A stretch of 24,000 nucleotides of DNA, taken from contig WAQC01000142.1 of NCBI GenBank assembly GCA_015520425.1, positions 1 to 24,000 of the forward strand. The letters are read 5' to 3'. The notes below the pieces were generated by a model that saw nothing but the letters and a program-made list of their open reading frames with translations, had not been told where the DNA came from and made no database searches. Position 1 is the first letter of the stretch; every line of letters begins with the position of its first letter. Source of the DNA: Candidatus Pelearchaeum sp. (GTDB lineage: Archaea > Thermoproteota > Nitrososphaeria_A > Caldarchaeales > Caldarchaeaceae). Positions 23,962 to 24,000 of the stretch are shown in pieces. Made by a program: the position numbers and the translations under genes.

Positions 23962-24000
23962 ACCTCTACAAAGACTTCCTGCTCTCTAATCACTACCTTG

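Noticed and set aside
1-24000. A CRISPR array, transposase or IS element, or a recognisable defence system.
   Set aside because: No regularly spaced direct repeats, terminal inverted repeats or defence-type domains were seen on either strand. vapBC is the only toxin-antitoxin-like locus, and its toxin is interrupted.

Overview
The window looks like chromosomal DNA from a crenarchaeon (Thermoprotei-like), about 50% GC; the species is not identifiable by eye. Supporting signs are an intron-containing tRNA-Trp, a stand-alone 5S rRNA gene, a Sulfolobus-type zinc ferredoxin, an aKMT-like methyltransferase, and A/T-rich TATA boxes about 25-32 nt upstream of ATG codons (leaderless mRNAs). Gene order: the 3' part of a LivM/G/F-type ABC importer; a small decayed accessory islet (vapB, a vapC carrying one in-frame stop, and a wHTH remnant) next to tRNA-Trp(CCA); a roughly 12 kb nucleoside uptake and catabolism supercluster; then 5S rRNA, housekeeping and redox genes, rpiA and trxB. 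The supercluster holds a PfkB kinase, cdd, a nucleoside hydrolase, deoC, rbsK, udp and a BMP-type ABC transporter, and it is bracketed by two BtpA/SgcQ-family TIM-barrel paralogs of unknown function. Two leads stand out. (1) The PfkB-kinase + BtpA-barrel module may be an uncharacterised pentose-phosphate step of nucleoside catabolism. (2) The whole window is a mosaic of alternating G+T-rich and A+C-rich blocks that crosses gene boundaries, ignores gene orientation, and gives the two BtpA paralogs opposite synonymous-codon sets. No CRISPR array, transposase, integrase or recognisable defence system was seen. All counts are hand counts from the sequence. No database search was possible.
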